64,000 bases of DNA from an uncultured virus (IMG/VR IMGVR_UViG_3300013108_000147) (Duplodnaviria > Heunggongvirae > Uroviricota > Caudoviricetes > Crassvirales): the IMG/VR virus record IMGVR_UViG_3300013108_000147. One strand, 5' to 3'. Made by a program: the position numbers and the translations under genes. The notes under the pieces are model-generated. The model saw only the letters and a program-made list of their open reading frames with translations. It made no database searches and was not told the DNA's origin. Shown here piece after piece: positions 47,652-57,197 of this stretch. Position 1 is the stretch's first letter. Every line of letters starts with the position of its first letter.

Positions 47652-49529
47652 TTAGTGTACGTCTGCGTAGCTATTACCAAACTGTACATCTACTGTAATC
47701 TCTACGTTAAGGTCTAGAGATTTATTAACTTTGCTCATACTATCGTGAAGGATTGTCTCAACTTTATCTCTATCTTCATCTTTCAGTAAGCAAAGCACTT
47801 CGTCATGATATTGTAAGAAAGGGACTACATCTTCAGCTCTCATCATCTTTACCCAACAATCGAAGACAAATGCTCCTGTTCCTTGGTTAAGAGTTGAGAA
47901 GATATCTTTCTCATTCCTTATTGAGTACCAAAAGTTATTTACAGGGTTAAGTAGCCACATTTGTTCTCCGACAACCTTAGTCTTCATATCCTTAGGTAGC
48001 TGCTTAATGCTCCAATTCCTTCTCCAATAAGCTTCTATCAACTTCTTAGCTTCCTTTCTAGAAATTCCAATTGAATCAGCTAACTTAGGGGCCCCTACTC
48101 CGTATATACAAGAGTAGTTTGCCATCTTATACATATCCCTTATTGGTTTAAGAGTACCTGCTTCCTTCATCTCTTGAACCTTGTCCTCCTCTACAGCCCC
48201 GGCCTTTACAGCAAGGTCTAAGTGAGGGTCAAATCCTTCTCTCATTTGCTCTTTAACATAGTCAGGGTCGTAACTCCACATGTAGTGTCTCTTAGTGTTA
48301 TCCTCTAAGGAAGTGATATCGCTACCACATAATATGTAACCTTCAGGAGCTATGATACACTCTCTAATTAACTGTCCGTCTCTTAGGTTGTCAGATACTG
48401 CGTCTATCTTAGATTTACCCGCTTTAATATCAGCGTTAATCTTACCCGTAACTCCGGGGAGGTTAGCTATAGGTCTAGAGTGTCTAAGTCTAAGGGTATT
48501 AGTAAATCCACTCATACCCGCTATAGTGTAACCTTCTTCGTCTGTCGTGTCTAAGAAAGCTTTAAGAACTGCTAATCTATGGGCAATAACACTTAAACCG
48601 TCTAGTGACTCTATAGCAGGGTGCTCCTTAGCTAACTCTAGTACACTCTCGCACAAATCCTTCTTATCATTCCTTACTTGAGGGACTTTGCCGTTAGCGC
48701 CTTCCTTAAAAGTGGTAGGCTTCCAACCTAAGTCAAACAACCAATCTTTAATTTGATTAGAAGAGTTTATATTAGGCTCGTCGTACACTACCTCAGTGGT
48801 TAGGTCTAAGTCGTTATCCCTTAAGTACGCGTACCACTTATCAGCAGCAGCGCTAGGGGTTCCGTCCTTCTTAGTCATCTTAGCAGGTTTCTTCTTAAGT
48901 ACCGGCCCAGGGGGCATACTCTCTTTAAGTGCCTGTTCTTTAGGGAGGCGAAGAGATTCTAGTATCTTAATGTTTTCTTTAACCATTTCAACATCGACCT
49001 TTGTTCCTATTCGTTCTTGGTCGACTATACAGTCCATTTTAAACATTAAGTATCTTATGATTCTCCTAACTTCCCTAACGTCTCCGTAAACACCAAAGAA
49101 ATCTCTACTTAATTTTTCAAACAACTCTATGTTAATCTTAACATCTTCTTCGCATCTGTGTTTGTACTCTTCGTAAGAAAGGTTATCCCAATCTTCAATC
49201 TTTGGTTTAGGTACTCCGAAATCTTCTCCGAAAGCTCCTAGTCCGTAAGACCTCTTCCTACTTGGTAATATGTACCAAGCCATAGGTAGCGTATCTATTA
49301 TCTCAGCTTTAATCTCTATGTCTAATATCCTACTTAGAGCAGGAGCGTCAAACATCTTAAAGTTGTGACCTACAATAGTATTCTTAGGTTCAGTTAAGAG
49401 ACTTCTCATCTTATCGTAGTCATTAGTAGATACTATCTCCCACTTTCCGTCCTTCTTATACCCTGCAGATAAAACGTGTACCTTTGTAGGGTTAAGTCCG
49501 TCAGCTTCTATGTCTACTACATATGTCAT
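47652..49529 (-). CDS. polA: Family A DNA polymerase with 3'-5' exonuclease (T7-like)
   Basis: Exonuclease 'DIEAD', 'GHNFKMFD'; motif A 'GSDITSLE', motif B 'RDMYKMANYSCIYG', motif C 'YHDE'. Confidence 0.92.
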   Translation of the reverse strand: MTYVVDIEADGLNPTKVHVLSAGYKKDGKWEIVSTNDYDKMRSLLTEPKNTIVGHNFKMFDAPALSRILDIEIKAEIIDTLPMAWYILPSRKRSYGLGAFGEDFGVPKPKIEDWDNLSYEEYKHRCEEDVKINIELFEKLSRDFFGVYGDVREVRRIIRYLMFKMDCIVDQERIGTKVDVEMVKENIKILESLRLPKEQALKESMPPGPVLKKKPAKMTKKDGTPSAAADKWYAYLRDNDLDLTTEVVYDEPNINSSNQIKDWLFDLGWKPTTFKEGANGKVPQVRNDKKDLCESVLELAKEHPAIESLDGLSVIAHRLAVLKAFLDTTDEEGYTIAGMSGFTNTLRLRHSRPIANLPGVTGKINADIKAGKSKIDAVSDNLRDGQLIRECIIAPEGYILCGSDITSLEDNTKRHYMWSYDPDYVKEQMREGFDPHLDLAVKAGAVEEDKVQEMKEAGTLKPIRDMYKMANYSCIYGVGAPKLADSIGISRKEAKKLIEAYWRRNWSIKQLPKDMKTKVVGEQMWLLNPVNNFWYSIRNEKDIFSTLNQGTGAFVFDCWVKMMRAEDVVPFLQYHDEVLCLLKDEDRDKVETILHDSMSKVNKSLDLNVEITVDVQFGNSYADVH

Positions 49530-49530
49530 A

Positions 49531-50343
49531 TTAATAATTTGTTAAGTTGTCTAAGCTATCTAACCTCTTGTGCCCTACATCATACTTCTCATTGTGAGGA
49601 GCAGTGAATAAATAGGTACAGATACCTGCTCTATTCATCTCTACAAAGTTGTGGTAAGCATCATCTACAAATATCTCTACGCCCGCTTTTTTAGCCGTAT
49701 CTACTTTAGAGTGATTATCTTCACCTACCCCTACGGTATATATTGGAGCTACAGGGAAACCATTCTTGTCTAGCCACGCCTTAGTAATAGATGTGTCTAT
49801 AGGTCTAGATGTTATGTAGCAATGTGGTTCGAAAGGTATAGTGTCTACCTTAGGTTTTAAGTTTAACCAAAACTCTTCGTCACCCACTACAGACTCAAAG
49901 TACTGAGCTATGTGGGGGTCGTTCCAATATGTAGGTCTACTCTCCATGTCAGGGAACTTCTTCATCATACCTCCAGTAAAGTCGGCTAGAACTTCGTCGA
50001 TATCTAATCCTATCTTATTTTGAACTAAGTAGTTGTGTGGTCTGTCGTCTCCTTGAGGATAAATACTGTAGTAAGCAGATAAGAAGTGAGCGTTACACTG
50101 TACATGGTCTATGTGCAATTCGCCTGTCTCAGGGTCATAATCTTCACCTCTTTCAAAAGCAGCTATGTGCCTTTTCATAGACGCTAGAACCGTAGTCCAA
50201 TTCATACCCAATTCCCAATTTCTTTCTGCGTATTTGTTTGCTCCCGCAGTTAATACTTTTACTATCCCTTCTTGAGCTTTAGGGTGTAGTAAGTCATATC
50301 GAGGTTTATTATCGTTATACCTCAATCCTTTGACTTTTTTCAT
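49531..50343 (-). CDS. dATP/dGTP diphosphohydrolase (DUF5664-like) fused to a HAD 5'-nucleotidase
   Basis: N-half 'KPRYDLL...GANKYAERNW...DPETGELHIDH..CN'; C-half HAD 'LDIDEVLAD', 'ITSR', 'FVDD'. Confidence 0.8.
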   Translation of the reverse strand: MKKVKGLRYNDNKPRYDLLHPKAQEGIVKVLTAGANKYAERNWELGMNWTTVLASMKRHIAAFERGEDYDPETGELHIDHVQCNAHFLSAYYSIYPQGDDRPHNYLVQNKIGLDIDEVLADFTGGMMKKFPDMESRPTYWNDPHIAQYFESVVGDEEFWLNLKPKVDTIPFEPHCYITSRPIDTSITKAWLDKNGFPVAPIYTVGVGEDNHSKVDTAKKAGVEIFVDDAYHNFVEMNRAGICTYLFTAPHNEKYDVGHKRLDSLDNLTNY

Positions 50344-50358
50344 AATGTTTGTGTTTAT

Positions 50359-50586
50359 TTAATTAAGTGATGCTACTAGTAGTCTTCCGTACTCATCGAC
50401 GGACTTAAAACATAAGTCGTCAAAACTATTCATGTCCATCATAACTATAAATTCTCTTCCGCTTACCATAGTTACTCTGACGCTGTGTTCGTCGTTTGCT
50501 TCAAAAGATTCTACTCTGTTTAAATCAATTATCTTCTCTGTATAGCCGCCTTTACCTAAGACGGCTAGTCTTTCAAAATATGCCAT
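50359..50586 (-). CDS. Hypothetical protein
   Basis: 75 aa. Confidence 0.5.
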   Translation of the reverse strand: MAYFERLAVLGKGGYTEKIIDLNRVESFEANDEHSVRVTMVSGREFIVMMDMNSFDDLCFKSVDEYGRLLVASLN

Positions 50587-52470
50587 TTAAAATATATCGG
50601 GTGTTGGTTCTACTAGAGGTAAAGGTGTTTTCTCAAGTCTCTTAGGGTTTCTAGCTAAATACTTTTCATACATAGGGTTGTTACCTTGACTATCGAAGTA
50701 CCCTTTAAATCCGTCTACAGTTTTAAAGGTCAGAGAGATACATTTGTCGATAGGTGTTACGCTACCTCCGGTCTTCTCGTCTTTAACTTTGAACTGCCTC
50801 AACTCCATCACGGTTCTCATAGCAGGTATACTGTGATTCCTTATTCTATGATAAACCATAAAGTGGTCACTCCTATTGGCAAAAATGTTCCCGCCAATTG
50901 CGTCGTACTGAGTAGGAGGCTTGAGATAACCTTCTTGGTCTCTCGGCGCTCTCGTTGCGTCAGTAGTAGGGTGAACGGTCATAAATATTGCGCAAACGTG
51001 CTTACTAAAGATATTAAGTTTCGATAGTAAGTCATCGTTGTAAGAGTACACGTTTGTAAGTGGGCGCTTAAAGTATGAGAAAGGGTCTATCAAAAGTCCG
51101 TCAATATTAAACCTCTCTTTTAAAACCTCAGCTCTCTTTAAAATATCCTCTATAGTGTAGTGTGTCTCGTTCTTAAAGATAAAGAAATGAGAAGAGATGA
51201 AATCTTTGTACTTACTGTACTCTTTCATCTTACCTTTAAAACACTCTATGTCTTTACCTGACACTGCCTCTATTAAAGTTCTTTTAGTTGCCCACACTTC
51301 ATTCTCTCCGCAAGCTATTGCGAACTTCTTTCCGTAAAGAACTGATAGCGCGACTAACTTATGTAACTCCATGTATGTTTTACCTACACCTTCAAAAGCT
51401 AGTATAAAGTTTAGGGTGTTCTCCTTAAATAAGATGTACTCATCTAAGTCTGCCCAACCATAAGACAACCCTAAAGGTATAGTACCCTCAATAGATTGTA
51501 TTAACTTTTCCTCGTCTTCTCCGGACTTAGATAAGAACCCTAATGTAGCTATCTCATCGTCGTAATCTTTCTCAACCTTAACCTCAGACTCAGCCTCCTT
51601 AACATCAGCCTCCTTAGTTCCGTAGCCAAGCTCTCCAAGCTTAGCGTAACCTACTCTATAATCTCCGTCCGCTTCAAGCACGCAGAATATAGCTGAGTTA
51701 GAATAAGGTCTCTCAGTCTCAAAGTCAGTTGACGTAGTGAATACGTATAAGAAGTTGCCTTCTAAATTGTATCCTGCAGAAATGCCTTCTGTCTTGCCTG
51801 GCCTAACTAACTCTACCCACTTATCATCTTCTCTTACTATTACCCATCCGTGTTTCTCTAACAACTCAATTCCTATGTCAGGGTCTGAGTTATACTTAGG
51901 GAACGGGTCTTTGTACTCATTGTTTCCGTAGTCTTTCTTCTTCTTAACTAGGCTACTATCGAACAGTGCTGAGGTGCTAAATAATATAGCTCTCTCTTGC
52001 TTAGATATTGATTGTATATTCTCTAAGTCTCCGAAGATAACTTCGTAACCATCAGAAGGGAAGCACTTTAAGTACCCACCTTCTCCTCTAGTCTCAATAA
52101 GAACTTCCTTGTCCTTATTCATAGCTAGTTTTCTATTCCCCTCTATAACATCTGTTCTATATAAAAGGTGGTAACCATTATTAGCCGTCTTAGATACAGT
52201 CATCTTAGCTAATAAGTTCTTAGGTATTCTAGCTTTCCAATCTTCCCACAACTTATCAGGATTATCAGCGTACTTTAGGTCAAAGTCTAAGCCCTCTAGC
52301 CCGCCCGATATGGCTCCCGTACATATTCCTATGTCGTCAAAGTTATAGTTATCTACCTCGTCACCTATCGGTAAGCCCCAATTCTTTCTGATGGGTACTT
52401 TACCTCCGTGTGGGAGCGGTACAGGGTTCAAACCTGCTTTAAGGTAGGCTTTAGCTTCTGTTCTTCTCAT
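50587..52470 (-). CDS. Prim-Pol primase fused to a DnaB/RecA-type helicase
   Basis: 'GLDFD', 'TANNGYHLLY', 'ETRGEGGY'; Walker A 'AFEGVGKT', Walker B 'LLIDP', 'VHP'. Confidence 0.8.
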   Translation of the reverse strand: MRRTEAKAYLKAGLNPVPLPHGGKVPIRKNWGLPIGDEVDNYNFDDIGICTGAISGGLEGLDFDLKYADNPDKLWEDWKARIPKNLLAKMTVSKTANNGYHLLYRTDVIEGNRKLAMNKDKEVLIETRGEGGYLKCFPSDGYEVIFGDLENIQSISKQERAILFSTSALFDSSLVKKKKDYGNNEYKDPFPKYNSDPDIGIELLEKHGWVIVREDDKWVELVRPGKTEGISAGYNLEGNFLYVFTTSTDFETERPYSNSAIFCVLEADGDYRVGYAKLGELGYGTKEADVKEAESEVKVEKDYDDEIATLGFLSKSGEDEEKLIQSIEGTIPLGLSYGWADLDEYILFKENTLNFILAFEGVGKTYMELHKLVALSVLYGKKFAIACGENEVWATKRTLIEAVSGKDIECFKGKMKEYSKYKDFISSHFFIFKNETHYTIEDILKRAEVLKERFNIDGLLIDPFSYFKRPLTNVYSYNDDLLSKLNIFSKHVCAIFMTVHPTTDATRAPRDQEGYLKPPTQYDAIGGNIFANRSDHFMVYHRIRNHSIPAMRTVMELRQFKVKDEKTGGSVTPIDKCISLTFKTVDGFKGYFDSQGNNPMYEKYLARNPKRLEKTPLPLVEPTPDIF

Positions 52471-53176
52471 TAAATCCGTTTATTAAATATTGTGCGTATA
52501 CGAAATTACCGTGCTGAGGTAATCCGTCCTTCCAAGATGTAGGGAATATCCTCTCCCCACTCTCTAACTCTACGTAGAAATATTCGAAACCTTTAGGTGC
52601 TCCTTCAGCCTTCTCAAGCTTATTCTTATCTCTGCACCAAACTTTTTCTAATTTCTGTTTCCAATTTCTAACTAGTTTATTGTTTTTGTCGTACCAATCG
52701 TTGCTACCGTAATATTCACAGAACTCTTTCCCGTTAACTAAATAGCCTAGGGACAGTGCGTAGTCCGAAACTTCGCTTGGAGTAGGAGTTTTGAAAGATG
52801 TATTACTTTCAAAGTCTCCTTTCTTAAAAACCTCTCTGAATATTTTAAGCAGTTTAGGGCTTGCTGACTTACCTTCGTCTAAAGCTTTTCTAATATTAGT
52901 TTTAGACTTGGGCAAACTCTTCCAATGGTCTACTACAACAGCGTGTATCACATTACTATCTTCGTACCCTCTTATGTACCCTTTTTTCAAGAGCGCTCTG
53001 TAAGATTTGTCAAAGTCTTTAATACTTAAATCAAATAGTATTTTGTCTTTAAATAGTGAAACTACACCTAAGGTAGTAATATTAGGTTGGGATACTAAGT
53101 AACAATAAAGTAGTTTAGAATTAGGAGAGAGCGAAGCGAAGTCCGCATCTCCCCATAGTTTCCCAAACTTTACCAT
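52451..53176 (-). CDS. Putative replication initiator / replisome organiser
   Basis: N-terminal 'LSPNSKLLYCYL'; C-terminal 'FKTPTPSEV...FCEYY...W...NWK'. Confidence 0.55.
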   Translation of the reverse strand: MVKFGKLWGDADFASLSPNSKLLYCYLVSQPNITTLGVVSLFKDKILFDLSIKDFDKSYRALLKKGYIRGYEDSNVIHAVVVDHWKSLPKSKTNIRKALDEGKSASPKLLKIFREVFKKGDFESNTSFKTPTPSEVSDYALSLGYLVNGKEFCEYYGSNDWYDKNNKLVRNWKQKLEKVWCRDKNKLEKAEGAPKGFEYFYVELESGERIFPTSWKDGLPQHGNFVYAQYLINGFNEKNRS

Positions 53177-53868
53177 TAGAACGGCAAGTCGTCGTCTGAA
53201 TTATTTGCACTTGATTGTGCAGAAACTGAGGCTGTGTCTGTTACGTTTAGTGCGTCACCTTTGAAATTTGAGTTAGAGAAATCTACTATAGTGTCATATA
53301 GAAAATCTTCTTGCTCTGAGTAATCCCAAGTAACCTTACGTCCTCTTGTTTTCTTCTCAGGCTGCGGTAGGTCTTCATAAGAGATAAAGTAATCAAGCTT
53401 ATCTCCATCTTGATACATACGAACACCGCTCTTAGCTTTACCATTCTCGGCTTGCTCAGCAGTTAAGCTCCACACTCCGAAAACTAATTCAGATGATAAG
53501 TCAATTCCTCCGCACTTTCTAGCGAAATCTTTAGCTATCCTACCTGTAACATCTCCTAAAGATATTACAAACTTTTCATCTACATCTGTAATCTCTAGTT
53601 CTACGAACTCTCCGAAAGGTAGTTCTTTGACAGTTACGTTAGTAAGTAATCCTGATACGTCAAACAATACGTAGTAGAATACATCTTTGCCTTCGTTCTT
53701 ACCTTTTGTTCGTTGCCTAACCTTTACTCCTTCTTGGTCTAAGCCTAAGCTATCTAGTTTGGATAATAGTTTATCTTGCTCATCATACTCGATTACGATG
53801 TTACCTTGATACACGTTTAAAAATGTTGTGTTTGAGCCTCCTCCGACTCCTCTTGAATTCACTCCCAT
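53176..53868 (-). CDS. Putative single-stranded DNA-binding protein
   Basis: Acidic 'DDDLPF' C-terminal tail; position in the replication module. Confidence 0.6.
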   Translation of the reverse strand: MGVNSRGVGGGSNTTFLNVYQGNIVIEYDEQDKLLSKLDSLGLDQEGVKVRQRTKGKNEGKDVFYYVLFDVSGLLTNVTVKELPFGEFVELEITDVDEKFVISLGDVTGRIAKDFARKCGGIDLSSELVFGVWSLTAEQAENGKAKSGVRMYQDGDKLDYFISYEDLPQPEKKTRGRKVTWDYSEQEDFLYDTIVDFSNSNFKGDALNVTDTASVSAQSSANNSDDDLPF

Positions 53869-53872
53869 GAGT

Positions 53873-54433
53873 TTAGTGTTTAAATTTAAAATTAGAATAT
53901 AATATTTGTCTTGCCTCGTAGAACTTCTTGTCTATTTTGAGGGCTTCTTTTTCTTCTAAGATTACTCTTCTCTTCTTTTGATACAGAGCTTTCTTATCTT
54001 CAAACTTCTTTATAAGTCTGTCCACTTTTCTTTTTACTTCATCTTTGCTTAACTTTTTGCTTTTAAGTACATTGTTCTTCTCTCTTTCAAACTGAGCCCA
54101 TAGCTTAGAGGACTCTTTAACCCAATAAGATACTATGGCGTCTTTTCTTTCTATCTCCCTTTTTAATTCAGTTATCTTCCTACTGTCTGTGTGAACCATA
54201 ACCTCAGTTATAGTTTGTTCGAATCCGACTTGAAGAATCCTATCTGATATGTCAGGGTCAACCATTTCGTAGTAGTTACTATGTCTAGTGTCGTACCACT
54301 CGTAGTATCCGTCTATGTGCTTAGAGATTCTGAAACCTCTGAAGAAAATTACATCTTCATAAGGGAACTCTCTAACAGAGTGAGGCATCTCTTTTATAGC
54401 TACCTCATATATAAGTTGTGTTATATCTTTCAT
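53873..54433 (-). CDS. Hypothetical coiled-coil protein
   Basis: Likely start MKDITQ at 54433, downstream of a promoter-like TATATTGCG. Confidence 0.5.
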   Translation of the reverse strand: MKDITQLIYEVAIKEMPHSVREFPYEDVIFFRGFRISKHIDGYYEWYDTRHSNYYEMVDPDISDRILQVGFEQTITEVMVHTDSRKITELKREIERKDAIVSYWVKESSKLWAQFEREKNNVLKSKKLSKDEVKRKVDRLIKKFEDKKALYQKKRRVILEEKEALKIDKKFYEARQILYSNFKFKH

Positions 54434-54483
54434 TACGTATTTTGTTTTACGCAATATACGAAAAATATATCGGAAAACCAAAT

Positions 54484-54846
54484 CTATTTACCCTCTAGCC
54501 TCTTCGTAATCCTAGCTTGTAGTAAAATCCTATCGTAATTAGTAGGCTTGTAATCTTTGTACAACTCTTTAGGTAGTCCGTCAAAAGACCTGCCGTAATA
54601 CTCTACATTAAAACCTCTATCTTTACACTCTCTGTAAAGAGTTTCATACCTTCTCCTCAGGTACTTAAGTTTATCATAAAAGAATTTAACGTGACCTGTA
54701 CCTAGTTTAAACTCACTAGGTTGGTTGTCTAAGCTGTATCTGCCCTTCCTTATGCAGTTGGGTATACGCTTTATCTCTCTGTGTTCGGCTATCAACATCT
54801 TGTTGTTTAATTCCGACGCTCTAATTCCTACGTTTATCCTAGTCAT
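54484..54846 (-). CDS. denV: Pyrimidine-dimer DNA glycosylase (T4 endonuclease V)
   Basis: 'MTRIN...LIAEHREIKRI...FKLGTGHVKFFYDKL..L..RY'. Confidence 0.92.
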   Translation of the reverse strand: MTRINVGIRASELNNKMLIAEHREIKRIPNCIRKGRYSLDNQPSEFKLGTGHVKFFYDKLKYLRRRYETLYRECKDRGFNVEYYGRSFDGLPKELYKDYKPTNYDRILLQARITKRLEGK

Positions 54847-54983
54847 CTATATAGACCTAAATCTTCTGTTACTGTTCCAGTCTTGCCTCTTAGCTTTGCC
54901 TAGAATAGCTTTTTTAGAAACACGCTTGTTAACGTCTTCTCTAGCCTCGTTCATCTGAGGGTTTCCGTTTTGGTTTTTCATGT

Positions 54984-55361
54984 TTAAAGTTTTTTAATAG
55001 TTGCGTTATTCCATTTACCTATTGGCATGTCTTCGTTTATTAAGATGTCTATTCTCTTACTAAACCTTTTGTTCATCTTGTCCATGACAGTGTACACACC
55101 GTCATATTTAGTACCGCTAAGGTAAACCTTAGTCCCTTTAGGGTACTTCGCAAGTAAATCCCTTGACACGGCTATAATCTTGTGCTTGTAGGGATTGTTC
55201 AAGTCTAATTCAAACATGAAAGCTGTGTGCTTTGGGTCTGAGTTAGTCTGCTCTTCAACAGCGTTATACACTGTACAAACTACCTGCTCTTGTGCTGATA
55301 GTGAAACAAATGTAGTAAATAAAAATAACACTACAAAATATTTTCTAAACTTTTTTTTCAT
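54984..55361 (-). CDS. Secreted 3D-domain protein
   Basis: Signal peptide; 'TVYN...QT...TA', 'IAVSRDL', 'V.D.M', 'RIDIL'. Confidence 0.7.
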   Translation of the reverse strand: MKKKFRKYFVVLFLFTTFVSLSAQEQVVCTVYNAVEEQTNSDPKHTAFMFELDLNNPYKHKIIAVSRDLLAKYPKGTKVYLSGTKYDGVYTVMDKMNKRFSKRIDILINEDMPIGKWNNATIKKL

Positions 55362-55371
55362 AATTTAAACT

Positions 55372-55620
55372 TTAATCTTCTATTCTAAATGTTATTAGTC
55401 CGTCTTTAGCAAAAGGGATTCCGTACACAGTGTAATTTGTCATAGCTTCAACTTCGTTTATTAAGTCTAGGAAATGGTAACCCGTATTTTTTGGTATAGG
55501 GTATTTAAACTTATCTATACCTGCTTTAGCTCTTTGTTCTGCTATCGTGATTATAGTATTTACATGTGTTTTATAATTTACAGCTCTTTTCGTTTTACTA
55601 ACTTTTATTTCCATAATCAT
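55372..55620 (-). CDS. Hypothetical protein
   Basis: 82 aa. Confidence 0.45.
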   Translation of the reverse strand: MIMEIKVSKTKRAVNYKTHVNTIITIAEQRAKAGIDKFKYPIPKNTGYHFLDLINEVEAMTNYTVYGIPFAKDGLITFRIED

Positions 55621-55776
55621 TTATCTAGATGTTAATGCCCATATAACAAGGTAAGGTATGAGTCCTACCACAAAGATAAATAATAGTCTCCAAAATATGG
55701 GGTCTATATTAGTGTAATCTCCTAATCCCTGGCATACGCCACCTACGTAGCCGTCTCTTCTTTTAAATTTTCTCAT
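55621..55776 (-). CDS. pspC: PspC-domain small membrane protein (not in the ORF track)
   Basis: My translation: MRKFKRRDGYVGGVCQGLGDYTNIDPIFWRLLFIFVVGLIPYLVIWALTSR, matching the PspC GVCxGLxxYxxIDP signature. Confidence 0.8.
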   Translation of the reverse strand: MRKFKRRDGYVGGVCQGLGDYTNIDPIFWRLLFIFVVGLIPYLVIWALTSR

Positions 55777-55778
55777 AA

Positions 55779-56108
55779 TTATCTATTTGTATAATAAAAT
55801 TGATTTCCATCCTCATCTGTAAACATCTTAGATGGTAGTTTAAACTCGCAAGGAACATCTACTAACTCTTCTTCTGTTCTTACGCCATTGTTTGATAATG
55901 TTTCACAAGCACCGTCTACTGCATTTGGATTGTTGTTTAATACATTGATGTATGCGTTGTAATTACTATAGGTCTTTGTCTGACCATTTAAACATAAAGT
56001 CCAAGATTGATTTTTACCACCTACATAAACTTTTTTTGCCTCTTGTGTACATTCGTTCTCGCAATTAAACATTGCTAATGTTACTAATAATACTAATACT
56101 TTTTTCAT
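55779..56108 (-). CDS. Putative lipoprotein
   Basis: Likely start MKKVLVLLVTLAMFN-C. Confidence 0.5.
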   Translation of the reverse strand: MKKVLVLLVTLAMFNCENECTQEAKKVYVGGKNQSWTLCLNGQTKTYSNYNAYINVLNNNPNAVDGACETLSNNGVRTEEELVDVPCEFKLPSKMFTDEDGNQFYYTNR

Positions 56109-56110
56109 TT

Positions 56111-56317
56111 TTACTTGGTTTTTAAATTTATATACCAACCACTATTCATTTCTTCGTTTAATCTATCTTCGCCTTTCTTTGTAAAGAATTTTTTCTCAAA
56201 ATCTCCAAAAGTGTGGTAGTCTTTTAACTTGTCAATACATTCTTTTACTGACTCTCCGCTTGTGTAAGTTTCACGATTTCCGCAGTCGCTTACAATTTTT
56301 AATTGATATTTTGCCAT
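56111..56317 (-). CDS. Hypothetical protein
   Basis: 68 aa. Confidence 0.45.
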   Translation of the reverse strand: MAKYQLKIVSDCGNRETYTSGESVKECIDKLKDYHTFGDFEKKFFTKKGEDRLNEEMNSGWYINLKTK

Positions 56318-56334
56318 TTCTATTGGTTTTTAAT

Positions 56335-56520
56335 TTAAAGTTTTACTAATTTTTCCATGACCTCCATTCTGTTGTCCCAATTGTAGAAACAGAACTTAAT
56401 GAAGGAGTTTCTGTGTTGCATAGCGTCAGCTTTCTTGAGGAAGGCGTCTATATGCTTTTCATCAGGTGTATAGTTTAACTTGTCACACTGATGTATAAAA
56501 TCGTACATTAATCCTAACAT
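56335..56520 (-). CDS. Hypothetical protein
   Basis: 61 aa. Confidence 0.4.
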   Translation of the reverse strand: MLGLMYDFIHQCDKLNYTPDEKHIDAFLKKADAMQHRNSFIKFCFYNWDNRMEVMEKLVKL

Positions 56521-56704
56521 AAATTATTTATTTTTCTTCAACATTCGTTAAGTGGTCATACAATAAGTTCATTTGATTTTTAAAAGATAGAGGTTTTTTT
56601 ACACACTCGTATCTGCTATACTTGTTATAATAGTAATTTAAGTAGTCTTGAATTACTTTTTTTTCTTTTGGTGTGAGTTTCATAATATTCACTTTTAAGA
56701 TTAG

Positions 56705-57004
56705 TTAAAGCTCTCTAATGATTCTCATTTTCTGAGCTAGAACCCAAGTGCCTCCTTGAGACTCGGGTCTATTATAAAGTTCGTAGTCTTTTACCTCTAC
56801 TTCAACCCATACTCTACCCTTCTCGGATAGGTGTGGTGCACTCTTCTCTAGGGTACAGTGCCAACCTTTTCTAGGTGCAAAACCCTTTTTAGGGTGAAAC
56901 TCTGCATCTATCCAAACGTTTATCGGCACTCTACTTCTCTGATTTATGAACAACGGAGATAAGCTGCCGTCTTTCATCTTTCTAATTAGCTTGTATGCTT
57001 TCAT
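56705..57004 (-). CDS. Hypothetical phage protein
   Basis: 99 aa; 'KAYKL...PLFI...RKGWH...APHL'. Confidence 0.55.
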   Translation of the reverse strand: MKAYKLIRKMKDGSLSPLFINQRSRVPINVWIDAEFHPKKGFAPRKGWHCTLEKSAPHLSEKGRVWVEVEVKDYELYNRPESQGGTWVLAQKMRIIREL

Positions 57005-57005
57005 T

Positions 57006-57191
57006 CTAATCTAATTGGTTTAATAATCCTCTTACAATATCTATCTGTTTTTTCAAGTAATCATCTGCGTCAGAAGGTTCTCTTTCTGATAATGATATTA
57101 ATAGGTCTTTAAGAGCCCTCTTCCTATGTTCTAGGGACACCTTAACTATACTAGCTGATTCATCATTCAGCACTATGATTTTCTGTGACAT
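57006..57191 (-). CDS. Hypothetical protein
   Basis: 61 aa. Confidence 0.45.
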   Translation of the reverse strand: MSQKIIVLNDESASIVKVSLEHRKRALKDLLISLSEREPSDADDYLKKQIDIVRGLLNQLD

Positions 57192-57197
57192 GTCTGC

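Noticed and set aside
54218..54226. GTTCGAATC resembling a tRNA T-loop
   Set aside because: It lies inside a CDS on the opposite strand, with no acceptor or anticodon stems.
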